A stretch of DNA of 64,000 bases from Podarcis filfolensis (taxonomy: Eukaryota): assembly GCA_964270895.1 (NCBI GenBank), contig OZ185444.1; one strand, written 5' to 3'. Of this stretch, positions 1 to 10,949 are shown one piece after another (position 1 is the stretch's first letter; each line of letters starts with the position of its first letter). The position numbers were made by a program, and so were the translations under genes. The notes under the pieces were generated by a model. The model was given only the letters and a program-made list of their open reading frames with translations. It ran no database searches and was not told the DNA's origin.

Positions 1-115
1 AATATTTGTATAATTCTCTTCTTTCTACAGGAAAGTTCCATAGGATGAGATGGTGTTCCCTAACCCTCTTGGTCTCTAGTAGAAGCCAATTAAGCAAATA
101 CACACAGATTAGCCC

Positions 116-149
<34 letters not shown>
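116..149. repeat. (ATT)n microsatellite
   Basis: Direct observation. Confidence 0.95.
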
Positions 150-610
150 TCACAGATCTTTGCTTTTCCTGGTGCCCAGTATCCGGGGGTGAGTGTTTTG
201 AGCTCAGATTCGGCTCCATAATACACCCACCACCGTACCTGCCTTGACAGCGGCGCGGCTCTGCCCTGGTTCCTTCCTCCCCACCCAGGTGTGGCCGCTC
301 TGCGCGGGGGCTCCTCCAATCAATCCCATCCTCCCTCCCGTTTGGCACACAGTTTAAATAGCCGCGCGGGGACGGGATGTCATTTCGATTCTCCGGGGAC
401 AAATAAATGGAAGTTTCATCAGAGCGTCCCGCCAGATTGCCGATGTAATAGGTTTCGGGAGCGAGAGGAAGGTGGGTGCCAAGGATTATTAATAGTGCCG
501 CTTGATTAGTTAGGGAAAGGTAAATGTGATACTGCCATCACCGTCCCTGAGTATCTGACACCGGCGAGGAGGGGGACATCGCCTTCCCGAAATAGAAGAG
601 GCAAGGAGCC

Positions 611-618
611 TATATAAG
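611..618 (+). promoter_or_regulatory. PVALB: TATA box of PVALB distal promoter
   Basis: TATATAAG about 30 nt upstream of a pyrimidine-CA start (about 641) and about 100 nt upstream of a CAG|GTAAGT donor; SIX-like TGATAC (527-532), TAGGTTTC (449-456) and E-box CAGGTG (286-291) lie upstream. Confidence 0.7.
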
Positions 619-640
619 TGGGGTGCCCACCCGGGGTTTC

Positions 641-710
641 ACCTTCCTGTGTGAGCACCTTCAAAAACCCACCAGCCTTTCCTAGCGCGCCTGGCACAAA
701 CATTAGACAG
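641..710 (+). other. PVALB: Probable non-coding exon 1 of PVALB (start approximate)
   Basis: Ends at consensus donor CAG|GTAAGT (GT 711-712). Contains CCCACCAGCCTTTC, which resembles the mammalian PVALB 5' UTR as I recall it. Parvalbumin genes have a non-coding first exon, and the ATG exon is preceded by an acceptor at 10879-10880. Confidence 0.6.
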
Positions 711-2273
711 GTAAGTTTCAGGAATGGAGGCAGAGAGAGTGGATCCCGTTACTCCAATAAGGATTCATCTGTGGGTTTGGGGGACAAGGGGGGTGGGTCT
801 CTAAAGGAGCGGTGTCTCTCTCTACCTGTAGGGTACAACTCTCCCACCCCAATAAAACAGAAGTATCCACCGCATTAGAAAAAGCTGGGGCTGCTTCTTT
901 TTTTCTCCTTCCCCAGCAAGGCAATCGTAACAGGTGAAGGGGGGAAATCCAAAAAGGAGGAAACTTCAACGGGAGGAGGGCGGAGAGGGCGGTGGAACTG
1001 GCATGGGGAAGCGGGATTTATTGAGAAAGCACGGGAAGGGGAGATATAACTCAACCAGGGTGTGCCTTAAAAAGACCTATTTTGAAGCGAGAGAAGGAAG
1101 GAGGCGAACATCTGATCCCGGTGCGTATTTGTGCGTGGAAAGTCCGGGATCAGGGAACGAACAATCGCTTTGAGTAAGGGATTGCCAAGCGCCCTCATCT
1201 GCTGCCTGTTTAGCTGGGCAAATGATGGCAACCCGAATGTTTTGGGTGCGTTTTGCCCTCGATTTGCTCTCGGGGATGTGTTTTTCTTTCGTAAAAAAAC
1301 CCTGCATATAAACGTGCGCAGCACTTGCCACATTTCCTCAGGGGGAGAAGCGCGCGCGCGTGTGTTTAAAGTCAAGGGTGCAAAGTTTGGAGATGGTTTC
1401 AAGAGAGGCAGGCAGGAAAACTGAGAACTGCAAAGATCAGGCAGGCGTATTCTTCCATCTCTGCTTGCGGCTTGGACCAAAGAGCGCTCAGGTGTCAAGA
1501 GAGAGACACAGAGAGAGAGTGCGCAGAGCGGAGGGCCTGCGGAGCGCAATGCATGCTGCGGCGGTCCTCTTGAAGCCTCAGAGGTTCGAGCCCAGCTCTC
1601 AGTTTGCAAAAACAAGAAGAGCAATGCTTTATGTTCGCTTTTCGTGAGTGCGTAGGTGATAGAACCCTGTTAGCTTTTCCCACGCTTTACGCTTTACGTT
1701 GCCCTACTTGAAAGAGGCTTCCCCACTCAACCCCAAAATAAGTTGGACTGGAGCAGATTGCACAGATGGTTACTAGAACAGTTGTTATGTAGTTTTTAAA
1801 TTAATGTAAGGTCCAGCATTTTTCCTTGCACCAGTTCCTTAAAGCCTAAAGGAACGATTGTTCCCTGACGAAGAATCCTGTGTTATTCTAACGCTTGCTT
1901 TCCTAACTTTGCTTGCAAAGGTGGCTCAACTATCGCCGACATTATTTGGTTTCATGCTAAAGACCCGCCCTCCGCTGGATTTTTCTTTATGTAATTGCCT
2001 TACTTTCTTTCTAGTCCCCCCTTGGGGGCGTTGGTAACTCCTTGTTAACCTCGGAAACGGGAGCAGGGGGATAAGGGCATCTCCTCGGCCTCCTATCACC
2101 TCCATCTTTCCTGTTAAGTAAAGGCTTGCGCAGGAGGAGCGCCAGCCCGGTTTGGCTACTTGCGGATGGGCTAGCAAAAGCAGAGCAGGCTGGAGGCGGG
2201 CCTCGGGTTGCAGTCCTCTAAAGGCAATCGCACCTTCAGCTGAGCGGAGTGGGTGCGAAACTCGAGTCCAGCT

Positions 2274-2293
2274 CGCAGCAGCAGCAGCAGCAA
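2274..2293. repeat. (GCA)n trinucleotide repeat
   Basis: Direct observation. Confidence 0.9.
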
Positions 2294-3031
2294 GCGTCAA
2301 GCCGAGCATCTCTGCGGTCTGGCGGGCGGTCAAGGGAAGATCTGGCGCACCGTGACCCGAGGCGGCGCCTGAGTGCGAGAGGTTGCTGAGTAAGGGCCTC
2401 GGCAACCAGGGCAGAAAGTATCGGGTGTATTGTAGGGAACAGGTGCTGCTGCATCAACACCACCAAGCTCCTTCCTTCCCGCTTCTCTCTCTCTCCCTCT
2501 TTCTCTGGATGGAAAGACGGAGTTTTCAAGCAAGGATCTACTTAGCCGCCTTCTCCAAATCGGGGGGCGAGTGGGAGAGAAAGAGACCGAAGTTACAGCC
2601 TAGGGTGCTTTGGAGGGAAACCAGACGCCACGGCGACAGGTCAAACTGTGTTTAAACCAGGATCTGCTGCCACGATCGTGTAGAAAGAAACGAGGTGGGG
2701 GGCTCTGATTTTAACAGCAAAAGGGACGCGCGGATAAAAGGTGCAAGTGAAACTTCTCCCTGTCCCCACTGGACGTCCTCACTGCTTCCGCGGAGACCCC
2801 AAGCATTTTTCTCTCTTCTGTACTGAAGGTGGGGGGGGGGGGTAAAGCACTGGGGAAAGAGAGGCAAACGGCAAACCATGGTGAGTGATCTGCATCCCCA
2901 ACACGCCCTTTCGCTGTTAAAATAGGACCTCAAGATGTGATTTGTGGTGGACCACGTTTCTGCCCGACAAAGAGTTCTGTGTCACTGGAAAACCTGCATT
3001 CTCCTACAGATCCGCAATAAAGCAGCAATAG

Positions 3032-3035
<4 letters not shown>

Positions 3036-3073
<38 letters not shown>
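3036..3073. repeat. (CA)n microsatellite
   Basis: Direct observation. Confidence 0.95.
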
Positions 3074-3076
<3 letters not shown>

Positions 3077-3808
3077 TTTTTGCAACCTCATACCAGGCAG
3101 AGGGACAGCTGGTTGTAGCAAGAAAATTATGTTTGACCGGAATTTCACGCAGTTCAGGAGTTTCACAGAGCTCTTCCTCTGCCTTGTAACAACAAGCAGT
3201 GGCAGGAGGAGAACCATTGCGGGTAACCTTCCCTTTCCGCAGTCGGAGATCTGGGTGCGTTTCCTATGTAGTTAGGTGTGTTTGACAAAAGCTGGGGAGG
3301 GTTTTCAAGAGGCAAACTCGTGTGTACCACATCAGATCTTGATTGGATGTTCCATGGCAGTTTTTTCTTCAAAGTAAAAGTGGCCAGCTGAAGCACTTTT
3401 TAAGGGGGTATTTAATGTTGGGTGCAGTTTGGCCTATGAAGATGATTGGAAACTCCTGGACTGGATGAGAGTGCATAACGGGGAGAAGAGGATGGATAAA
3501 ATCCCAGTCCTCAGCTTCCTCTACTGTACTTCTGAATCTGCTTCTTCCTTGAAAGCATAGAAGAGTGATGTGGCCCACAGTAGCTGCAAAAAGAGCTGTC
3601 ATGTTTTAAAGTGGAGCAGGAGAACCTGTGGTTCCCCCCTGATATTGTTGGACTCCAAATTCCATCAACCCCAAGCAATCACCTAGGATGATGGGAGTTG
3701 TAGTCCCAATAACATTTGATGGGTAGCAGGTTCCTCACCCCAGCCCTGCCTTTGAGATTAAACATGCATATATCACAGGTACTTCTAAGCAAGAACCTAT
3801 AGCAGTGC

Positions 3809-4177
3809 TAAAAGGTAAAGGACCCCTGACAGTTAAGTCCAGTCGCGGACGACTCTGGGGTTGTGGCGCTCATCTTGCTTTACAGGCCAAGGGAGCCGGC
3901 ATTTGTCCGCAGACAGTTTTTCCTGGTCATGTGGTCAGCATGACTAAGCCGCTTCTGGCACAACGGAACACCGAAACCAGAGCAGCGCACGGAAACGCCG
4001 TTTACCTTCCCGCCAGAGCAGTACAGTACCTATTTATCTACTTGCACTGGTGTGCTTTTAAACTGCTAGGTTGGCAGGAGTTGGGACCGAGCAACAGGAG
4101 CTCACCCCGCCGCAGGGATTCAAACCGCTGATCGGCAACCCCAAGAGGCTCAGTGGTTTAGACCACAGTGCCACCTG
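3809..4177 (-). mobile_element. Sauria SINE, near full length
   Basis: Begins with the reverse complement of the ACCTTTA tail (AAAGGTAAAGGACCCCTGAC) and aligns with the other four copies in the window. Confidence 0.9.
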
Positions 4178-5867
4178 TTTGCCGTTGCCCACAAAATCTC
4201 ATGGAAAATAATAAAAGGTGCTGCAAGACTATGCAGAAGAGTTGCTCTGCTGTTTCATATTGTTAACTTCAGCACAGAAATGACTGCCAAAGCCAGGGTT
4301 ATGCTGTCAGATCCACAGCCTTAACAGTCTGCTACAGCCCTGCCCTATGAGTCTCTTCCTGGGCCTACTGCTGACATAGGTATCTCTTTAGATCCCAGTG
4401 ATCTTGGAGCCCCGCATTGCATTTTTATTGGAAGCCATAAAATAAATGAGGCGTTCATTCCCCAAGGATTGATTTCAGAGTGTTGGAAAGCATTTCTGCA
4501 CACTGTGAGCAGCCTTTCCAAGAGACTCTCTTGTTTTGGGATCAGCCCCTCCACTGAGGAACTGCATGTAATGCCTGTTAGCAGATTTTACCATCCAGAC
4601 CTTCCTCTGTTTGCTAGCAGATGGACATATTTACTGTGTGCCGTTGAAAGGCAGCTTGATCCATCTGTGGCCTGCCTTGCAGCAAGCATGGGTGATGTAG
4701 AGGCCAGTGGGCTAGTGTAGAATGCAGCTACTTGATTCTTCTGGAATAAGGCAAAATTAGCACAAACAGAGCCAAATGTTTCTGCAGAAAGATCACTTAT
4801 GGCGACACAGTGGCCAAGTGGTTTGAGTACTGGACTAGGACCTGGGAAACCCAATTTCATTTCTCTAATCATCAGTGAAACTCACTTGAGTGGCCTTGAG
4901 CTAGTTGCTCTCTTTCAGTCAAACCTACTGTGCAGGGCTGTTGTGGAGATAAAATGAACTCCTTGGAGGAAGAATGAGATATAAATGTAATAAACAAGCA
5001 AACAAAAGGAGACCAAAGAATGATATGGCAAAACTGCACATGGAAATTTTGTTTGGAGAGCGACACAATTTAAAGGCGCTTCTGTGTTAGTGCCAGAAGC
5101 CTCAAAAATAAAATGGAAACATTGGAGTGCTTGGTACTAAAAGAGAATAGGTGTGTATCAGGGACCTGCTGGAACAAGGAGAAGTCAACAGAATACAGTT
5201 TTCCCTGGACATAAACGCTATAGAAAGGACGCAGAAGGGCATTCTGTGGCAGTGCTGCTCTTTATGCCAGAAAGGGGGTGAAGTCAATAAACTAGGAAGC
5301 TTATCATGAAGAAGGGCTTCCAAAGAATCACTGTGGATGGAAACAGCAGGCTCAGAAAAGTAATATAATATTGGGAGCCTACTGTCACCCCTTGACCACA
5401 TTTCTGAAGGTGATATTGAGGGAGGGAGAGAAAATAGAAAGAGTTACATGACTCCCCTCAGTGGTCAACACTTAGCAAATGCTGCCACACAATTTATTTT
5501 GATTTCCCGCAAAGCAAATGTTTTCGTTTGCTTTATGGGCTTCATTATCTTCTGCTGATTTTCAACATGGCATACAAAATTCTACTTTTCATCTTTGTAA
5601 TTGCTTCTCTCACATGCATCTCCTGCTTTGGCTGCTATGTTCCTGCTTGTTCTTTTCTGGAATAAGTGTCCTTGTTTCTCCTCCTCTCTGTTATAAGTTC
5701 TCACTTCCAGAATGTGATTCCTTTCTCGTTTTGGGATCTGCTGCTCCTTTGCCCATGCTCAAATGGCTTCTTAAAACTCATTGTGTCTCCCTCCCCTTTC
5801 TCTGCCCAGCTTCCAACACTTTCTCCACTTTTCGCTGCTAAACACTTTTAGTGTTAATTATTATGTA

Positions 5868-6100
5868 TTTAATGCACATCCCACCTTTTCTCCATGGAGC
5901 TCAAGGTGGAATACATGGTTCTTCCCTTCTTCATTTAATCCCCCACAACAATCCTGTGAGGTAGGTTAGGCTGAGAGGCAGTGACTGGCCCAAGGTCACC
6001 CAGCTTTAATAATGTTTTGTTTATTTTACAGCTCAATCACATCCTGAGCTTTGTGGCCTAGTGGGGGATTTGAACCTCTAACCACTACCCCACAGTGGCT
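5868..6100 (-). mobile_element. MIR-like/Squam3-type SINE
   Basis: CACAACAATCCTGTGAGGTAGGTTAGGCTGAGAG...GACTGGCCCAAGGTCACCCAG core; related copy at about 4822-5000 (+). Confidence 0.7.
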
Positions 6101-6493
6101 TAGGGATGATACCTTTGCAGATCAATATTTTGTTGTTTTAACACTGAAAAGCTGAGATTGCTGTGTGCGTATGTGCTTTACTTACTGATGTGTCTTGCTG
6201 TCTTATCTTTTATCGTACATTACCCTGTGCTCCTTTCGGAGGAAGGGCAATTTATAAATGTAGTAAAGAAAGAAAAGAGTTAATCTGTTTATAAATGATA
6301 TGATACGAGGTAAGTAATGAGATTGGCAGGTCTGCAGATTATTTGCAGTTGTGGGGGGAGTACATTTCTGTTTCCTTTTCACCCAGTTTTGAGAGCTCTT
6401 TGCTATCTGATAACCAAGCAGGCAGAAAGAGCTCTCCAAGTTGGGTGAAAAGGAAACTATGGTCAAAAAAACAATGATATACACTTCCAAGCT

Positions 6494-6740
6494 TGTTTTC
6501 TCCTACTCTGGAAGGTAGGACTCGAACCAATGGCTTCAAGTTACAAGAATGGAGATTCTAACAGTAAGAGCTGTTCAACAGTGGAACACTCTCCCTTGGG
6601 AGGTTGTGAACACTCATTCCTTGGAGGTTTTTAAACAGAGGTTGGGTGGCCATCTGTCATGGATGCTGTAGTTGCACTGCAGCGGGGTTGGACTAGATGA
6701 CCCTTGGGTCCCAGCTCTAAGATTCTAAGATTCTATGATT
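6494..6740 (+). mobile_element. CR1 LINE 3' end
   Basis: GGAGGTTTTTAAACAGAGG...GGTTGGACTAGATGACC followed by a TTCTAAGA/TTCTATGA octamer tail. Confidence 0.85.
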
Positions 6741-7272
6741 TTGTATACATAGGATGGTTCTGAACTGGCTGACACTCATCAAGAAAAAAGATATTGATAT
6801 TTTGGTGGCTACGTCACTCAGTGAGCAGCAGGTGTTTTGAAAAAATCAAATACTGTGTTATATTCAGCTAACTTTAACCCACTGAAATTAATGACCAATG
6901 GCCATGTCTAATTTGGGTCTATTAATGTCAATAGGTCTACTCTGAGTAAACATTAGTTGAATGTTACCCTCTGTGTTGGGGGTCATTAGGAAATGATTGA
7001 AAATCAAATGCTGTGTTTCATATTGTGTTTATAAAAATCTATAGCACATCTGAAATATCACATGGGCTTCTGATCACTTAATCTAAAAAAAGATATCCTA
7101 TAGCTGAGAAAGATGCAGAGAAGGACAGCCATGATGATTAAGGAGTTGGTTGCCCTTTTCTGAACCTACCCTAGTAGCAAAGGCTAAACCATTCTGAGCT
7201 TTTTAGTATAAGTTTAGGGTTGTTGCATGGTCAATATTTTTAAAATCTTGAGTGGTGAGCAGTAAGTGCATT

Positions 7273-7333
7273 TGTTGTTGTTTAGTCATCTTAGTTATTT
7301 TCGACTCTCCATGACCCCATGAACCAGAGCATG
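7273..7333 (-). mobile_element. Degenerate BovB tail
   Basis: Reverse complement of ...CTCTGGTTCATGGGGTCATGGAGAGTCG...ACTAAACAACAAC. Confidence 0.65.
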
Positions 7334-7878
7334 CATTGGAAACTCTCACGTTCTTCTCAAAGCTTCTCCTTTTTTATGTCCATGGAGTTTTCTTGGCAAG
7401 TAAGTTCATAGGGAGACATTTTTCTTGTCATATTAGAACTCAATGACACCTAATAAAAGTAAATGTGAGTAGATTCCTGTGGAACCCTCTGCCACAGGAT
7501 GTGAGCTTTGAAAAGGACAAATTAATGGATGAAATTCATGGTTATTAGCCATGATAACTCAACAGATCCTCTATGACCAGAAGCAAATTGTCTCAATATC
7601 AGCTGCTGGAGGGCAACCGAGACAAATGTCTCCATGCCCTGTTTGTGAACTTCCTAGAAACACATGGTTTATTAACTGTTTGAACGCTGAACGAGATAGA
7701 TCCCTTGGCATGATCCAACAAGCCTATGAAGTAGTAGACTCTTGTGAACCCCAATGCCATGAATATTTACTCAGAAGGAAGCCACACTGTATTCAATGGG
7801 GTTTTACGCCTCAGTCCAGGATAGCAGTTTGGATCCTAGAGCACACGGGAGATGCTGTTGTTCACCTGTAGGTTTTCT

Positions 7879-9389
7879 TTTTTCTTTTTTCTTTTTTTAA
7901 AGATATTTATTGAGATTTTACAAAAACATAAGTTTACAAAATAGAAAAAAGTCATATAGAAAGAAAAAGATATAAAAAAGAAAACATACAAAAATACATA
8001 AAAAAGAAAAAAGAAGAATAAAAATACGAAATACAAAAAACAAATAGATAAAAAAGAATTAAAAACAAATCCGTTTTTTGTAACTTTAAACTCATTAGCT
8101 TGTTTCCTTGGCCTCCTCACACCTCCCCTTTTTGTATTCCCATTTAAATAATCAAATCAGCAAATCCTTACCCTCTTTCGTTTATCTTAACTCTATATCT
8201 TAACATATTATAACTCTATATTTCCATCCATTATCAATTCATTTTTGCATAGTCTTATTAACTTTGTTGCTAATGCCACTTATTTTCAATCCAACATCAT
8301 TTTAACATTCATTAATTTTACAGTGTTTCTGCAGATAGTCTTTAAATTTCTTCCAGTCTTCTTCCACCAACTCTTCTCCCAGGTCTCAGATTCTGCCAGT
8401 CATTTCCGCCAATTCCATATAATCCATCACCTTCATCTGCCACTCTTCCAGGGTGGGTAACTCTTGTGTCTTCCAATACTTTGCAATAAGTATTCTTGCT
8501 GCTGTTGTTGCATACATAAAGAAAGTTCTATCCTTCTTTGGCACCAATTGGCCGACTATGCCCAGGAGAAAGGCCTCTGGTTTCTTCAGGAAGGTATATT
8601 TAAATACCTTTTTCATTTCATCTCCCAGAAAGCCTTAGTCTTTGGGCACGTCCACCAAAGGTGAAAGAATGTACCTTCATTTTCTTTACATTTCCAACAT
8701 TTATTATCGGGCAAATTATATATTTTTGCAAGCTTGACTGGTGTCATGCACCACCTGTAAATCATTTTCATAATATTCTCTCTTAAGGCATTACATGCCG
8801 TAAATTTCATACCGGTGGTCCACAACTGTTCCCAGTCAGCAAACATAATGTTGTGACCAATATCTTGTGCCCATTTGATCATAGCAGATTTAACCGTTTC
8901 ATCTTGCGTATTCCATTTTAACAGCAAGTTATATATTCTTGAAAGTATCTTAGTTTTGGGATCTAACAGTTCTGTTTCCAATTTTGATTTTTCCACCTGG
9001 AAGCCAATTTTTTTATCCAAATTATAGGCCTCTCTTATTTGATAATAATGAAGCCAGTCTCGCACTTTATCTTTTAATTTCTCAAAACTCTGCAATTTCA
9101 ATTTGTCTCCTTCTTGTTCCAATATTTCCCAATATTTCGGCCATTTGGCCTCCATATTGAGCTTTTTCTGAGCCTTCGCTTCCATTGGTGACAACCACCT
9201 TGGGGTTTTATTTTCCAGTAAATCTTTGTATCTTATCCAGACATTGAACAATGCTTTCCTGACAATATGGTTTTTAAATGCTTTATGTGCTTTAACCTTG
9301 TCGTACCACAAATATGCATGCCATCCAAAAACGTTGTTAAAACCTTCTAGGTCCAGCTCAGCTCAGCCCAGCGGTTCCATCGACCAAAG
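7879..9389 (-). mobile_element. 5'-truncated L1-clade LINE (ORF2 C-terminus, 3' UTR, A-rich tail) in PVALB intron 1
   Basis: ORF 8613-9311 contains the C-terminal zinc knuckle CWKCKENEGTFFHLWWTC. The coding remnant continues after a frameshift and a TGA to TAA at 8302-8304. AATAAA and A-tail on the minus strand. 16-bp TSD CACCTGTAGGTTTTCT at 7863-7878 and 9390-9405. Confidence 0.92.
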
Positions 9390-9943
9390 CACCTGTAGGT
9401 TTTCTACCGTTTCCATTGCTGGTTTGCTAACAGGTGGAACCACTGCAAGGTGACTGGATGGGAAGAAGCAGGTGATGCTGGTGGGGTTGTACTTTATATA
9501 ACTGTGCAGAAAGAGGGATTTGGAAAGGTGTGCAGGGCTGGGGGAAAGCTATACCTGCAGAAATCCTCTCCTTTCTCTAGAATCAATAAACAAAGTCTCC
9601 TACTTAGAGCAGGGGGAGTTTGACTGGAGGGCTTGGGTTCAAATCTTCACGGTGATAGTGAACTTTGGCCAATCAGTAAGCTCTGTTTAAAAAAAAAACG
9701 GTGGGGGGAGAGCTAAGCTCCACCACAAAACTACTTTATGGATTTGTTGTGAGGATTCATTGGGAAGGAAGGAGAGGAGAATCTATGGCCCTCAATCTAG
9801 AGATACATCCTACATCCCTCCCTCCCATCCAGGACAGAGGTATCAGTCCCAACCTAGATGCAGCTATATATTTTAGAGATAGCTGATAGATAGATGATAG
9901 TTCGACATAGCTCTTTTCCATCTTAGATGTATATAGAGATATA

Positions 9944-10185
9944 CAGTGGTACCTCGGGTTACAGATGCTTCAGGTTACAGATGCTTCAGGTTACAGACTG
10001 CACTAACCCAGAAATAGTACCTCGGGTTAAGAACTTTGCTTCAGGATGAGAACAGAAATCGTGCTCCAGGGGCACAGCGGCAGCGGGAGGCCCCATTAGC
10101 TAAAGTGGTGCTTCAGGTTAAGAACAGTTTCAGGTTAAGAACGGACCTCCGGAACGAATTAAGTTCTTAACCCGAGGTACCACTG
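9944..10185. mobile_element. Tc1/mariner (pogo/Tigger-like) MITE in PVALB intron 1
   Basis: Perfect 18-bp terminal inverted repeat (TIR) CAGTGGTACCTCGGGTTA (9944-9961 / 10168-10185), flanked by TA on both sides. Confidence 0.93.
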
Positions 10186-10606
10186 TATATAGATCCCTCC
10201 CATCCTAGATAGATAGCCACCCCTTTCATCCTAGCTTTCATCTATCTATAGATAGATATTGCTCCAGTCCTAGATATAAATCTAGAAACCCTCCCATTCA
10301 AGATAGGGATGTGTCTATAGACATCGCCAGCCCTCCCATCTCCATCAAGAGATGCTCCAAAGGCAGTCCTGTCTTCCTCTGGTTTTTTTGTCCCACCACA
10401 TTCTTTTTCCCTGTACCGGCCGACAGGTTGACCTTGACATGACTGTCTCTCGCTTCCTGTCTGCAACTCTTTCCCGCCACGCCAGGTGCTACTTGGGACT
10501 GCGGATGCAGAGAAAGTACCCAAACCTCTTGCCCCGGCCACAACCCCTTTAGCCTGCACCGGCCCCTCTCTTTTTTTGCAAACGGGTGCTCGCCTGGCAG
10601 AGAGAT

Positions 10607-10608
<2 letters not shown>

Positions 10609-10644
<36 letters not shown>
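10609..10644. repeat. (CA)n microsatellite, followed by (CTG)n at about 10666-10682
   Basis: Direct observation, about 240 nt upstream of the PVALB ATG exon. Confidence 0.95.
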
Positions 10645-10646
<2 letters not shown>

Positions 10647-10888
10647 CCTCGTGGCTCTTTTCGTTCTGCTGCTGCTGCTGCTTCTGCTTGTAGCTGGCAC
10701 CCCTCCAGCCCTTCTCCCGGTGTGCCATCCCCGCCCGGCACTGCAGTTTTGGTCATATGAGCAGAAATGATGAGGAGGGCACTCCCCCCTCCCTCCCTCC
10801 CTCGCTTTCCACCCCCCTCCCCACACCCTCCTCTCCCGTCTTCTTCTTCTTAAATCTTTTGGCACTTTCCCTCCCAACAGTTGCAAGG

Positions 10889-10949
10889 ATGGCGATGACT
10901 GACGTGCTCAGCGCTGACGATATCAAGAAGGCGGTGGCAGCCTTTGCAG
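10889..10949 (+). CDS. PVALB: Parvalbumin alpha, coding exon 1 (MAMTDVLSADDIKKAVAAFA), 61 nt
   Basis: Acceptor ccaacag|TTGCAAGG ATG; donor GCAG|gtgagc; 61-nt coding length and sequence typical of PVALB. Confidence 0.97.

Larger units (their letters stand above)
220..3300. promoter_or_regulatory. CpG-rich island covering the PVALB upstream promoter and start of intron 1 (approximate bounds)
   Basis: High GC and many retained CpGs compared with the flanking AT-rich DNA; contains TATA-like boxes and several strong splice donors. Confidence 0.7.

Noticed and set aside
1067-1624. 185-aa minus-strand ORF and overlapping ORFs in the 5' CpG island
   Set aside because: GC-rich sequence with few stop codons; no recognisable domain; several frames open at once.
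4268-4288. TTCAGCAC as a REST/NRSE site
   Set aside because: Left half only; the GGACAG half is absent.
8302-9311. 232-aa L1 ORF as a domesticated gene
   Set aside because: 5'-truncated, frameshifted, with a TSD and A-tail; consistent with a young dead insertion.
9353-9372. GGGCT/GAGCT pentamers resembling immunoglobulin switch repeats (minus strand)
   Set aside because: Only three units; too short to be meaningful.
9961-10000. Short direct repeats suggestive of a CRISPR array
   Set aside because: Two adjacent 16-bp units inside a MITE, no spacers, eukaryotic context.
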